A DNA stretch of 63,983 nt, filler included, from Circinaria calcarea (taxonomy: Eukaryota): assembly GCA_051942165.1 (NCBI GenBank). It is 10 parts of 10 records of this genome, joined end to end, with 100 filler letters (N's around TTAATTAATTAA, not from the genome) between each part and the next. Parts side by side here need not be neighbours in the genome. Positions count along the whole stretch, not along the records: positions 32,358 to 38,719 come from JAVECS010001606.1; positions 38,820 to 45,170 come from JAVECS010001607.1; positions 45,271 to 51,619 come from JAVECS010001608.1; positions 51,720 to 58,051 come from JAVECS010001609.1; 6 more parts are not named here. One strand, 5' to 3'. The notes below the pieces were generated by a model, which was not told the DNA's origin, did not search any database, and saw nothing but the letters and a program-made list of their open reading frames with translations. How positions within the stretch are numbered: position 1 is the stretch's first letter; every line of letters begins with the position of its first letter. A program made the position numbers and the translations under genes. Positions 37,994 through 55,705 of the stretch are shown here, in pieces.

Positions 37994-38719
37994 TCAAACC
38001 CCCCTCCTCTCCTTCTCCAACTCCTTCAGATCCCTCTCCTCCGACCCGGCATCCACGCTCGAGCCGCTCCGGTTCCGATACTCCTTGCTCCCCATCTGCC
38101 GCGTATCCCAGCCGTGGCTCTCTAGGTAGGCGCGGAACTTCAGGTCCTCGTCGGTGATGGTGTCCTGGCCGATGTGCGGCAGGAGGAAGAAGGCTAAGGC
38201 GGCGCTGAAGATGCATAGAGCGGACGCGACGAAAAAGGGGTCTTGGCCCGCGCGGTTGCCTTTGGCGCCCCCGGGCGCGTTGGCCTGGATGATGGGGAAG
38301 ACGTAGGAGCCGACAAAGGCGCCGATCTTGCCCATGGCGGCGGCGATGCCGTAGTACTGCCCTCGGATGGCGGTGGCGGACGATTTGGAGGCGACGAGGC
38401 CGATGTTATCGCCGGGGCCAATTTCCCCGAGGGAGAGGAAAATACCGTAGACGACGACGAAACCGCCCACGTGGGCGGGGGTGTTGAGAAGAGGATAACA
38501 GGCTGCCATGATGAAACCGACGATTCCTTGGGCGAGAACACCGGCGGCTAGAGTGGAACGAGGCCCGATCCAGTCACTAACAAAGGCGCCGATGATTGCT
38601 CCCGGGATGTAGAAGAGATTGATGACGGTATTCCAGCCAAAAGATTTCCATAACGGCGCGGTATCACCTAGGATGATGGCAAGCCAAGACGAGGAGTAGA
38701 TGCTGAAGGAATACGAGGA
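37994..38719 (-). CDS. GIT1: MFS glycerophosphodiester/phospholipid permease Git1, 5' truncated
   Basis: YSFSIYSS, FGWNTVINLFYIPG, YGIFLSLGEIGPGDNIGLVASK, RGQYYGIAAAMGKIGAFVG, EDLKFRAYLESHGWDT. Confidence 0.88.
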   Translation of the reverse strand, partial: SSYSFSIYSSSWLAIILGDTAPLWKSFGWNTVINLFYIPGAIIGAFVSDWIGPRSTLAAGVLAQGIVGFIMAACYPLLNTPAHVGGFVVVYGIFLSLGEIGPGDNIGLVASKSSATAIRGQYYGIAAAMGKIGAFVGSYVFPIIQANAPGGAKGNRAGQDPFFVASALCIFSAALAFFLLPHIGQDTITDEDLKFRAYLESHGWDTRQMGSKEYRNRSGSSVDAGSEERDLKELEKERRGV

Positions 38720-38837
38720 NNNNNNNNNNNNNNNNNNNNNNNNNNNNNNNNNNNNNNNNNNNNTTAATTAATTAANNNNNNNNNNNNNNNNNNNNNNNNN
38801 NNNNNNNNNNNNNNNNNNNGAAGAGGGGGCCGTGCCC

Positions 38838-39125
38838 CACGGCCCCCTCTTCCACCCCTTGGTGCTCCGCGACCTGCACCACGGCCACCACCTCGTCCAC
38901 CGCGGTCCCCAAATCCACCTGCTCAATCTTAGTCTCTATACATAGGCTCCACCCATATAACCGAGGTCTTCAATCGCATTTGCGTTGCCCGGAGGAGGTT
39001 GAGAATATACAAGTTAATAAATAGGGTTACGGACCTCTTGAGCCACCTCGAGCACTACCCCTCGGCGCACCACGACCACCTCGGAAACCACCTCTATCTC
39101 CTCCTCCCCGGCCACCTCGATTCAT
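38838..39125 (-). CDS. NOP1: 5' end (GAR/RGG domain) of probable fibrillarin, truncated at contig end
   Basis: MNRGGRGGGDRGGFRGGRGAPRGSARGGSR|GGFGDRGGRGGGRGAGRGAPRGGRGGRG; intron 38919-39034. Only the GAR tract is visible, so another RGG protein cannot be excluded. Confidence 0.7.
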
Positions 39126-39575
39126 CGTAGACTATGGCTGGAGTGGTATGAATTCGAGGGGATCTGGAACGCTGGGTGACGACAAAATGAGATTTTAAAA
39201 TATGCAGGCCCGAAGTAGTAGCTCTCGGCTTGAGTATAAAACCGAGCTTCGAGATTTTTGAGATCAAGTAGAGTAACCTGACTATTCAATCTATTAGCGT
39301 TCCTGGAAGATGGCAATACAAACTCCAAAGCAAATGCCAAAATCCTTACGATTGCGCCCTAGTAATTACCGACAATCAGTCCTGTTGATTGCTGAGAGCC
39401 TCACCAATTCTCCAACTGCACATTTTCTTGAGGAAGTTTGTGAGTAAACTGCCGTTCACGCTAGTGTAAGGCTTTCGCACACTTCGCTTAGCGGAATTTC
39501 AACAATTGAACATCCATTCTTACAATTAGCGACGACATTATCACAGAACAACGACCATCTAATTCCAGCGCCAAG

Positions 39576-40442
39576 ATGGTATGTATCTTCTCTGTTACGG
39601 ATGATTATTGAGTAGTACAACTTGCTAGCAGCCGTTCAGTATACTCACGCTTAGCTACCTCTGCCCTCCCCATCCAATAGCCTAACACAAATCCAATGGA
39701 CTCAATGCTAACATCTGTCCCAAATCCTAGGTCCGCTACGCAGCAACTCATTTGGAGCCCGCAAAGTCCGCCCGGTCACGCGGTGCCTATCTTCGAGTTT
39801 CCTTCAAAAACACCCGCGAAACCGCCCAGGCAATCAACGGCTGGAAACTTGGACGAGCCCTGACATACCTCAACAATGTAATTGAACACAAGGAAGCCGT
39901 TCCGATGAGGCGATATGCTGGTGGTACCGGTCGTGCTGCGCAAGGTAAGTCGGGATATGTAATATAGACGGATTAGCGTTAGAACCTGGAAAGGACCATA
40001 CTTGGATGCAAGGCACTCAAACTGACCACATCTACAGGCAAACAATTCGGTGTCACTCGCGCCCGCTGGCCTCAAAAGTCCGCTGAGCACCTCCTCACAC
40101 TTCTCAAGAATGCCGAGGCGAACGCAGACACAAAGGGCTTGGATACCAGCAATTTGATCATCAAGCACATTCAAGTCAACCAGGCGCCCAAGCAACGTCG
40201 ACGGACATACCGTGCTCACGGTCGTGTAAGTGGTGGACTCGTTAACAATAGCTGATGATCATGTGCTAATATGGAAATGATAGATCAACCCTTACATGTC
40301 AAACCCCTGCCACATCGAGATGATCCTGACCGAAGGCGCAGAAGTCATCCAGAAGGCACCTCAGGTTGTGCACCGTGAGGAGGCTAGATTGAACTCAAGG
40401 CAGCGTGGGTCACGTGTTCGCAGAGCGATTACTGCCGCATAG
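39576..40442 (+). CDS. RPL17: 60S ribosomal protein uL22 (L17), 4 exons; first coding exon is ATG only
   Basis: [62 protein letters not shown]; introns 39579-39730, 39945-40037, 40226-40283. Confidence 0.96.
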
Positions 40443-41915
40443 AAAATTGAGCGCGTAGAGAGAGATAGAAGAAGCAGGGGCATTTGCAAACCGGGTTACT
40501 GTGACTTAGTATTGCAGTACGCATAGTCTCCTGAAATGTTCAAAAGCTCCTTCCACCCTAGAGCTTATGCATTTCCTCAATGCACCCACAATGATTAGTC
40601 TCCCATCCTCCTCTGGTAAATAACCATTCTCGTGTGCTACCATCCACTTCGCCTAATCCTTCATACCCACCATCGTTGGTAGATCTGCAGGTTATCTATA
40701 ATCCGTACTACAATTACCATTCCTCCTCGCCCTATGGATCATACACATCTGCAAAAGCTCCGCTGAAGATAGAACCCCCACACCAGCTTCCACTAGTTAC
40801 CATCCAGTATATTCCACTCATCTCAAACGTCCACCCCACCTTACCATACTATCCGTACCTCAGCGTGCACACCTTGCACTCCACATTTCCATCCCCCTCC
40901 CAGCAAACCCTCTCCCGATTACCTTTCCTCGAAAACCCCGACACAGCATGCAGCTTGCACATTGCAACGCCTTAGACCCTCTTTCCGGAACTGTAGAGTC
41001 TATAGATCACTCATCTCCTTCGTCCACCTCGTTTCATTCCATTTCTCTATCTACCTAAGCATCTAATCGCCTAGTCCCCTAGCCAGACCGATATCCCCTA
41101 TCCTATGCAAAGTAGAGATATCCTCACAGATACAGGGGCAGCGTCCACATCCATCAAGAAGAAGGAACGAGCATCGAGTGGTGGAAATAGGTAAGCGTCA
41201 GTAGCTACTAGACTAGTGCTCTCAAAGGAGAGGAGATGGAGAGAGGTCTCGGGGCTCTTTTGGGTCATTGGTCTTAGGACCAAGGCCAGGGGAGAAGCAG
41301 ATACGTGATTAAGGAAAGCAAGAGAGGGAAGCGAGCTGCTGGAAAGGGCAATGTGTTTGTGACTAGATGTGGTGACATGTCGCAAATGGTAAATTGACAT
41401 CACGGACTAATGTGTGAGGATAGGATGGATGTCGAACTTCTGACAGGGAAGGAGTAGATGCTGCGCAAACCTAACAGCTGGAGTATTCTCAATCTTGTAG
41501 AATGGCTAGTGGTCAACCAAGTAACAACGCCGCGGGCATTCTCCATACTAAATCATCACAGTCACAGTCAATTCATGTAGCAAAGTTTCTAAATTTTCAA
41601 TTGTTTTTGGTGATTTTTCTATCCAGAGCCAGGGTAAACAAACGCCCGCTTCTATGGGTATCCCGGGGAAAACACAACTCGTCAGAGTACATGTCATTAG
41701 TCATAAAACAGAAGCAGAGCAGCAAGGTTCCAAGGGCCAAATGCCCCGGTGAAATATCACAGAGAATATTCCACAGACAGAGCTCCGTAGAGGAAATGTC
41801 AGGGGCAGATGTGGTAGGAACATGTCATGAAGTAGTGGATCGAACAAAAGCCAGACAGGAAAGACATGGCGGAACGCCTTTGGAGGCGTCAACCTAGTCG
41901 TACATGGAAAGGCAG

Positions 41916-44900
41916 TTAGGTCCACGGGCGCTTCTCTTCGGCGTTGTTTTGAATAACACCAGAGAACCGCCCGCTCCCACCTTCCGGCTGGCCGTCCTCA
42001 CGGTTGAGAAAGCGTTTAGGGTCTCTCCCCCAACCCAAGCACATATGAAACGCAGTTGTGAGCACATCCTCGTCGTCGTTCCAAATCTGGGGGCATATGT
42101 AGCCGAGAAAACGATCTCTACTTTTCATCATAGTGTAGTGGATCGCGTTGCGTCGGTTGATCAGGTAAGCCGCCTTTGGCTCGTCGTAGGTTGTGCCCGG
42201 CACGGACAACATATCTGCGTACTGATGCGGCAGCATCACGTACCCGCAGGATTCAAATTCAAGACGCACCAAAGAGCTGCGATTACGCTGGGGTGGCGGC
42301 GACCCATCCTCGGAGGGTTTAAACGCAAAGCGCTGCTCGGCAAGGTTACCTCCCGGCGTAAATCGGTCAATGAATGAGCCCCAAGTATCTTGACGGACAT
42401 GATACTTGACCCACCCATATTCGGGCCAGGGTTCTGTGGCATTGGTTGCGCCAGGTACAGGTACGTGAGCTTCTCCTTGCCGGTACCAAGGCACTCCAAA
42501 TCCCATTCCATCCTGCACAACGGTCATGGAAGCTGCTCGTGCTTTGAGTGCGGCGTTTGCAGCTGTCCCGGGCGAAGAAGTCGAATCGCACGTCACTACC
42601 AAGGAAGCCGACGAGAACTTCACTGATCCCAGTTCCTGCCTCTTCATCTCATTCATAAGTGCAGTCAGAGCAGAAGGAGCAAACCAGCAATTGATAAAGG
42701 TCAGGTGGCGAACATAGGGTAGCGTCAAAAGCTTCGGAAGTTTAGAAGAATCAACGATGGGCGCAGGAAGAACATGCTGGTTTCGTGCAAACATGCCGGT
42801 TGCGTGCTCACCGCCCCCAATATACCCAACCACGAGAGTTTTGATGGTCTGTTGCGGAGACACATGTTGCTGGAGCACGTTGAAAAACGGGTCAACGGCT
42901 GAAGAAGGGGCTACGGGTGTCGTTTCGACTAAGCCCGGGTGTCGCTGTTTGACATCTCTCCAGTCCGGAGATACCATAAGCGTCACGGTATGTAGGCTTT
43001 TTAGAGCTTCCCACAAGTCGGGTCGATCCAAGAGCGTCAAATAACGGCTAGATAGCTTTGAAAAGTTCAACGTGGTAACGTTGGTGAACGTGGCTTTGTT
43101 ATCGACAATACCGAGAACGTAACTTGACAGGAAGGCGCGCTGGGCCCATTCGGTCTCCAAGAGCCACTCGGTCTGCGCTGTTGTCAAGAAACGAGGTTGT
43201 ACGGCCGCAGTAGATTTCACCTTGAAAGGTCCAGGGCCGACTTCTATCCTGGAATCTGGTAGACTACTGACGTTTACGCCGTGAAATATTATCGGAGGAC
43301 CTTCAAATCCTGAAGAGTCGACTCCATCCTTGGTGAGGTTTGTAGCCAGTACATTTGACCAGTCGTCCTCGATCTCTCCGCGCATTGATTGGTCCCCCAG
43401 TATCGTCGGTACGACATATCCGACAGCTTTATTGTCGACTTCCGAGCTAAACTCGTGATGAAATTCGTCCGTAACATCCATTGCGTCCATCAGCTGATCT
43501 CCAGTCGTAGAAATATCTTGAAACGGGTCGTTCCTATCTGAAAATGTATAAGGCTCCTGACCGCCATTGACAATGTGAGAGGCCAATGCACAGCTTCCGG
43601 CTTTGATGGCGCGCAAGGCAGTGGACCGAAGAGTCATCGGAGACGGTCGTTTTTTGACTTTGTCCCAGAAACTTGAGTCGCAATTCGGACTCGCTCCCAA
43701 CCCCTGTGTGCACGGTTTCCCCGTCTTCTTTCTCAGTAGTAAGTCCTCAATCCCATGGAGATTCATTGCTGTAGTACGATCGGCCTGAGTGACGATGCCT
43801 TCGTTGCACAAAGCATTTTGAACATGGTTGTTAATAAGTTCTCGAATAGAGTGACCAGAACGGCCTACTTTAAGGAGACGCTTCAAATGCCCGACAGGAT
43901 TACCTCTCATATATCGACCGATGAACTCCAATGCTTGTTCATGGAGCACCTCCGTCTCGCTCAAAAGTTCAACGTATTTAGCCAATGATAGCTGATCAAT
44001 GGACTTATCCTCGATGAGCTTCGATAACAAGGGTTTGATGCTACCAGATACCTTCCCCCATCTCCAAAGGCGGCCCAATGCTGCTCTGTCCAGTGCCGAA
44101 TTCTGTACCCCATAGACTTTAGACTTCTGCGAAAAGATTTGAGCACGATCCGAGATATCAGGACCATTAAGCCAACCCAGTCCGCCATCAAGAGAGAGAC
44201 TAAGCTCGGTCATGTTGGAGAGGTAGCTCAAAGCTTGCGTCATGTCACCAGTTTTGTCTGCGGTCTTTTCTAAACGTGCCATGAGAGGAAAACGTGAATA
44301 GTTCCGGTGGGGCCAAATGTATCGACCATAGAAGGCTCGGAGACTTTCTCGAGTGTCTTTCTTAGGGGGATTCTTGAGGATAACTAAAACAAAAGTTAGT
44401 AACAAGAGGTGATTGACTTCCTACACATGTATATGACTTGATGGGAAAGACAAATGCGGGGCCAAGTAGCAACGAGAAGTAGGAATTAATGCTCACCTTC
44501 GTCGACTTCGAACGCAAATCCAAAGCGCTTGATACGCGGACCCCAGCCCTGAAATACCTTCATTCCATTGATGACTGCTCCAGGTACAACTTCTCTATCG
44601 TAAATCCCGAATGGAGCATTGCCAAAGGAATCATCGCCGAAGTCGCCATTCCCTCCCACTATCTGGCCGGCTATTGCTCCAGCCCTGCCTTGCACGTGCT
44701 GAGGGCGGTGAGATGCTCTCGAGGCCATGACCATGCCGTAAATTTCCGGCCGAAATGGCACGACGACAGTTCGAAAAATAACTTCAGAGACGGATTGTTC
44801 AAAGTGATGATTGACAAAGCGCAAGGAGTGAATATCTTCGCGTGGTAGATAACTAACGATGTTCCTAAAGATCTCGACCGGAATCGACGTACCGGGCCAT

Positions 44901-44947
44901 GTGATTCCAGACACAACAGCCGCCGAGTTCGTAGACATGGTGACCAT
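41916..44947 (-). CDS. Large fungal F-box protein (about 970 aa), 2 exons
   Basis: F-box IPVEIFRNIVSYLPREDIHSLRFVNHHFE..FRTVVVPFRPEIYG; conserved-looking blocks GLGWLNGPDISDR, WLLETEWAQRAFLSSY, GGGEHATGMFARNQHVLPAP; intron 44384-44496. Confidence 0.85.
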
Positions 44948-47900
44948 CGGGGGTTTGGGAAGCGGTGGTAGAGTCCGAAGATTATCGCGAAGAGTTCCAA
45001 AGTAAAGGCGTTGAGATTTTCCGTTCACGTAAATCCAGCAGCTAGGTACACGAGGACTGCCAGTGCGCAGGATGTTGACCAACTCGTAGCGTTTGGAAAG
45101 GTCAAAGCTCCGAGGGATCAGCTGCGAAAGGAACTGCACGCAAGTTTTGCCAGGCGTATAAACCAAAGGCNNNNNNNNNNNNNNNNNNNNNNNNNNNNNN
45201 NNNNNNNNNNNNNNTTAATTAATTAANNNNNNNNNNNNNNNNNNNNNNNNNNNNNNNNNNNNNNNNNNNNCCCCTTCCCCTTCCCCTTTCTCTCCTCTCC
45301 CCGTTCACCCAAGTTTCTGTTAGTCCGACCCCAAGTATAAAAATTAAGTATTCATCGGGGTTTGAGATTCTTCATCTCCATCGTGGTTTTTCCATTTCAC
45401 TTGGAGCTGGGAAGCTTAGGAGGGGTAGAGATGTAAAAAGCCCGCTATCTTTCGTTATTTGAAATGACAATGGAAAAGGGTTACGAGGGGTGGTACAGGT
45501 AGACATGTGTGTGTATATAGCCTACAGGGCAGAATGAATGGGTTTAATCTGAAAACTTTGTGTATAGGATGCTGAAAAGAGTATTAGTTGGGTTAGGTGT
45601 ACCATATGATAAACTGATGGAGTATTTTTTATTTAATGAACTGCCAAGGACAAAGTTATTTAATCGAAGTTTATTTTCTAAACTTCTCGTCTTCTTTTCT
45701 AGACGCGTCGTTAGTATAATTGTCCCGAGACTAAGGTTATTGCACTAATAGATTGTACTAACGCTAACAGTAGAAAGCAAGAAGTTTTATAAAATATTGG
45801 ACATTCAGCTGCAACTTTTCCAGATTGTAGGGGCGGTTAGTTTCTCTGTCAACGTAACTGCAGTCCCCAAAAAACTCTTAAGATGAAATTTTGGAAGTGG
45901 CGAATACTTCCGAGAGTCCCAATCCAAGGCGGTCTTGCTTTGACGGTACTATTCTGCAGTCGAAAACTGGCGTCGAACATCTGGGTAGCCCATCGGAAAG
46001 GTTAAATCAGTCGGACCGCAGATCTCCAACATTCCGTTCCCAAAACGGTCGACAAGAACCCGTTGGTGGAACACACCAGATGCAGATCCCTTCAGCCAAG
46101 GCGGTACTCCCTCCAAACATACCATGTTGATTGACCTGATCATCCTGTTGTGACATCCTGTCAACGGCGGGATGCCTAAACCTAAATCTGCATTTCCAGT
46201 CTGATCTCCATATTCTACCGGGACCGCGACCGCTGATGGAGCGCGTGGCGCTTGTCGTGCTGTAGAACCCGGACTTCCACAAGCTTCCAACACATTCCAC
46301 ATGCAGACTCCACCAACTCCACGTATGATACCGATATCATCAAGCAGATTTCTGAAGGTTGCAGGTATCGCCTAGTCAATCAACGTCCTGCCGTACCATT
46401 TGCCGGTGCGGCTGCAGACCAAAAAAAAGGTACCGGGGACATCCAGGCTGCTGCTGGATGCTATCAGCATGTCAAGGATATGAGCATATTGAATAGACCT
46501 GTTTTTGGCCCGCCCGTCCTCGATCTCCACTTCCGGCGTATACGAATGACATCGTCGGGATGTACCAAAGGAAATGCCATGTTGAAACGGGTTCAGCCGC
46601 CCCTGGTCGGTGCCTCTTGATGCTTCTCGACGGCGAAGTTCAATCATGGAGAGTTTACATGACGAAACCAGGTTTCCGACCATTCGCTTAAGGGAATTGG
46701 ACACGATCCCACCTCCCTTTACAGAGTGTCACTCTGTAGCCGAAGGAGCGCACCCCGTCCAGCCTCACAGATGCCGCCGTTCTTACACAATATCGCAGTC
46801 GGGCACTCTTTACCACGCGTCTCTGATGTCGGATCAGACGGGCTCGATCCGTGTCTGGACGGAGTCCCGAATACCGGGTTTGAAATGACTTGGTTGACGG
46901 ATAGCAGCAGATTTCATGCAAGATGAAACAGGAGACCGGGAGCAGCGGTGCCATATATGTGAAACGTCCGAATCCGTCCCGACCGGCGTGCCTGAAGGTT
47001 TCGATCCTGACGACCGGCGCCTAAGAAGGGCTTTCCTACTGACGGGCTGTTACGATCGGAAAGTCGACGTGACTCGGGATGACCCGGGACGGCTCGAGAT
47101 TCAGGCTGTCCGACGTGACAGAGCATCGGGACCAAAGACAATGACTTTCTGAGCTCTGAACGCTGAACGGCTATCCAATTGCCGGGAGATGCAAGATGAT
47201 GCAAGGAGTAGTGTCATCCGTTACGTGGGGGTCCTGCTCGGGTAGAGATGCATTGGGGTCAAATTGAGCTCGCATGCACTGAAACAGGGGGTTCCTGTCG
47301 GATGTGGTGTTGGAAAATTGAGACTTCCCCCAAACGAGCAAACCAGTTCGTTGGCAATATTTGACTAACGCACGGATCGACCACTACTCCGGATCGGGTA
47401 AGCCCGAGTCCCACCGGCAGGAGGACCGTAATCCGACATGGGAAAACGACGACTGAAGAAAAGCATCAGAGGCGCCCGGCGATGTGGCTTTGACCTTCCT
47501 CTTTCCCCTCTATATCTGCCGATCTTCGTCGGCCCGTGTATGAACGTGAAGCCGAAATAGTAGCGACGTTGAGCTGATGTACAATTCATCACCCATGGCA
47601 TGCTCGGGTAGCAAAGCAGCCTGCAGCAAGAGCATGAGACCCGGCGAGTGCAGGTCTCGCCATATTAGGCCCCCCTCGGCCTATCGAAGCTTTCTAGAAA
47701 ACGTCAGAGTACCAGGCATGGGGGAACAGGCATACCATAGGAAGTGCAGCAGACGGTTGGGAAACGACGCAGGTGTCGTTGCGGAAGCGCATGGCATCAA
47801 TCATTCCTTCATGCGGGTGTCCTCCGCTCCTGAGTTGTGCGCGTGGAGATCGATGGGGATGATGGGGTTAAGTACCCGATGATCGGCCAGTCGGATGGCG

Positions 47901-49083
47901 TTGCGTGCCTTGTGCCAGGTGGGCGAACAGCAAAGCAAAGCAAGCAAGGATCGATACTCTGTACCGTACCAAAATCCGGCGTGGGATACTCAGCATCCAA
48001 GTGCAGCTGCCAATGCAGAGGCAAGGGACACTGAGGTTGCAGCGTGGGATGCAAGTGACAAGGGGCCTCGGTTGCCATTCGAGTAGTCTACCATCATCGA
48101 CAAATATAGGTTTGAGAAGAAAAAGCAATGGTGTAAAGGTAGCTAACGGCCCAGGGAGGTACCTCGTTCCCTTGATGATTGAGGAAGGTGGATTCATTGA
48201 TGTGCCAGTCAGGCTACCCAGGGATGAAATCACTCGCCTTGCTGGCGGGATTGACTCCGTCAAACTAGGCAAGCTGGAGAGGGCGGAACGCATGGGATTT
48301 GCTAACGCCATTGTGCGTCTGATTCGGTTGTGGGATGAGAAGCAACCGGCCAATTCGGGTCGAGGAAAACCCTAAATTCAGTCTAGTGTCGAGATAATCC
48401 AACCAATCGCACTGAAAACCGTCGGAATCGCGTCGAACGGGGATCTAGTATCCTAGACTATTGTTTTGGCAATAATATCCCAAGTGATTGACTTTTGGGT
48501 ACATGGATGCATTTTTCTCGTCGTCCGGTCCGATCCCAGATTACGACCACTCCACCATGGCTCTCACTTTACGCCTCCCGGACACTCGCTGGGGAAACCC
48601 CTTCAGGGCGCCCAAGGTAAACCAGGAGATCGACACAGCCGCTGGCCAGGGCCTTAGAATCACCCGCACCGTTGCTCCGTAGATCTAAACTTTAAATCCA
48701 CCCTTCTTTTTAGGTATCCGTGTCCCGTGGTGGCTTCTCGCTTCTCACTTCTTAGGGCCAAAAGCTCTCTTTTCAACCTCGCGTCAACGGCCAGGCGACG
48801 CCCAGTCCGATATGATGATCTGTGAGCGGGTTTCATTGGCCCGAAGAGGAAACATCAGCCATGAACATGTAAGCACCAAGGAGTTTGCTGTCAAGCCTCA
48901 AGAAATGCCTCTGGGGCATGCTTAACTGTTACCCCCAGCAGACACGGTATCCGTGATCTCTTCGGCGGTGGCGCGTGTCGCATCACAGAGGATTAACATG
49001 ATATTCATCAATAGACTGCTTCGTAACTAGGTATCATCACTCCGCTTCCGCTTCCAAATGAAACCGCGCCTATGCCGCCGCCG

Positions 49084-49127
49084 CGTTGTCGTGACTTACC
49101 CACCCGTTGTCGTGACTTACCCACCCG
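49084..49127. repeat. 21-nt tandem duplication (CGTTGTCGTGACTTACCCACC x2)
   Basis: Directly visible in the sequence. Confidence 0.9.
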
Positions 49128-51758
49128 CCGTTCGGCCCTGGAGCATACAATTGATCCAACTCAAGCAAGATCTTCATGGTCAACTATCTAGGCGCAAGGC
49201 TAATCTGGTGCGGCTTCGTACCTCAATTGCAGTAATCTGTCGGCACCCCGTAGCATGAACGGTACGTGCCTGCGTTTCTGTCGAAAATGTCGAGGCCGAC
49301 TCTGCCTTCATAGGCTAAACGTATCGCGAGGTGGCGGAATTCCTTTAGGCTTGTCCCTGTAGCAAGCCCATGCTGGTAGGGCGAAGCCGGCGCAAAGTAT
49401 AGGATCTCATCTCGATAAGCAAGATCTTAGTCAGAAACCTTCAATTAAGGAAGGCCACAACTCTGATGATAACCTGCTCAATACCCAGCCGGCGAGAAAG
49501 CTTTCCCAAGCATTACCATACACCACACATCTAAGACACGCCATCATCCTTCGCCGCGAGATGGCGACAAAAGTATATTGCACTTTGACTTTTATCCACG
49601 TCACAGTGTGGTCGGAACTTACCGAGCCCAAACGGGCTAGAAGGCTTAGTGGCGTCGTTCATCTGATTTTCATTTGTCCGGACCATCGATCAGGAGGCAA
49701 TGCGGAGGATGGCTTGCAGAGGTCGAGGGTACCGAAGCTTTAAGCTAGGCAGATCATTTGGTTAGCCATTGGGAGAAAATCCCTAGCAGTTGGTCGTGAA
49801 GTTACTTTTACCTTGTGCGACTACCCGTCAGCTTCAACTCTGATCTTTGGAGCAAGAGTGCACCGATCGAACCACGGTACGAGACGTCAGAATCATTCCT
49901 TCATGCAGGAACTGAAGGCGTCTGGCTCCCCAACCGATTGGCTTAGTAACAAAGTGCGGCTTGGGTGCGGCTTGATACGAGAGGCCTTTCGATCATTAGA
50001 CACACATAACCCCCTGGATTCGGCTGACGCGTGCCGACAAGGTCCCGCAGTACAGTAGTATTACTTACAGGAATATCAATTGTTGGATCGCCACGCAGCC
50101 GCTGCAAAATTCCATCGTCCCACCGGCCCCAGAACCTTGTATCCTGGCTTCCGGAAAGCAGAGAATCCATGTCATGACAAGGAGCAGAGGGTCATCTCAA
50201 TCCAAGCGGGCAGGAGAACGATCGGCCACGGGGAGTCCTCAGGTGCGATACAGTCGGTATGTTTGTCACAATTGTTCGCCAACTCCGTACCTCGGGGCAC
50301 TTACCTCGGGGCACCTACCTAAGGCACGTGCCGCGTGATGGTGGTACCAGGGCCAAAAACCGTGAGTGAGATCCCCGTTGCTAAGTTCAGCCGAGAGATG
50401 GCCAAAGCACCTACAAAGCCACGCCGATCCCTCCCAAGACGGCTGGTCTAGTGCCGGCATATGAGGAGCAGAAAGCCAAGGACACCAGGGGCGGCGAAAC
50501 CGGAGAGAAAATGGAACCTTTTGGCCCCATTGAAATGCGACCATGGACGTGATAGACACCGGAGGCTGAGAAGGTACTACCTATAGGCCCAGAGAGTATT
50601 GGCCGATCCACGTGGCTTCGAATGTAGGGCCGTTGCAATCCTCCCATTCCGCATTTCGACCGGGAACGGCCAAAGCCCATGACTTGGAAGATCACCGCTG
50701 AAGAGAGGGGACCCTCCTCGGTCTTACTTCCCATAGGTAACCCTATGTGCCTTGCTTATCTTCTGGGTGGTGGGCTCGCTTCCGGCTCTTGGACTTGAAC
50801 CCGGTAGGCGAAGGGGGGCATTTTTGGCTTCCGGGGCCTTTTTCTTGCTAGGGGAGTACTCTAGAACACGGCGGTTTCAAGCGAGAATGGGTCATGTCGC
50901 TCATGCTCTATTCGAAACCGATTTGCCCGCGGACGGGGATGTTGTGAAAAGCATAGGCGCGGCATCCCGCCTAACCAGCCGTCGTCAAGGTAGCTCGAAG
51001 ATATTCCCGCTTCTATTTACCCCACCCGCCCTTCGCGATAGAGTCGTGATCCCCGTTCGCTAGTCGGCCGTGGCAGTACTGGGTGGGTTAAAATTACCTT
51101 GGGCATCACCTTACCCCGTACCCTCCTCTCGGCTTGTGCAGCAATTGTTCGGGACCCTACCCTACCCGGGGAACCTTGGCAGCATCGCCTGCAGGGCGAG
51201 GGAAGTGGGGGGACCCCGGTCCAACTCGTTCGACCTCCCAACATCGTAGCTTCGTCTTTCTCATCCATATGCGATAGGTACCTCCCACCGAGAAGATCAA
51301 AGCATCCGGTAAGGTACATGAACGACTCAGACTATCGAACGCCTCGCGGGGCCCTCATATTGGAGGAGGTGATGGAGCTAGAGGTGATAGGCCATGCCCC
51401 AGCGCGCTTGACCCCACGTTAACGATAGACTACGACCCACTCTTGTCTTCGTCAAGCGTACTACTGGCTCCTCGACCTCCACCACCATGCTCGTCCCCCC
51501 TTCCGCCTTGCCTCGAGCTACCTGCTCGGACCGCTGTAATGGTCCTTTGCACGTTTGCTGCAGCGATCTTGAAGATCAATCCTGATCCCAGGGACCGTCC
51601 GCCCCCGCTGCCCACAAGGNNNNNNNNNNNNNNNNNNNNNNNNNNNNNNNNNNNNNNNNNNNNTTAATTAATTAANNNNNNNNNNNNNNNNNNNNNNNNN
51701 NNNNNNNNNNNNNNNNNNNAGGCATCCGACTCCCGGTTCTCCACATACTCGCGCCATC

Positions 51759-55705
<3,947 letters not shown>

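Noticed and set aside
38820..38852. Perfect 15-bp hairpin resembling a terminator or TIR
   Set aside because: Same contig-end fold-back artefact, here inside RGG coding sequence.
39579..39730. Possible snoRNA in RPL17 intron 1 (ATGATT C-box-like) or in the fibrillarin intron
   Set aside because: No matching CTGA D box or terminal stem was found by eye; snoscan/Infernal would be needed.
47868..48375. Overlapping 156- and 161-aa ORFs on opposite strands in the gene-poor contig
   Set aside because: No recognisable domain, and the lengths are compatible with chance ORFs.
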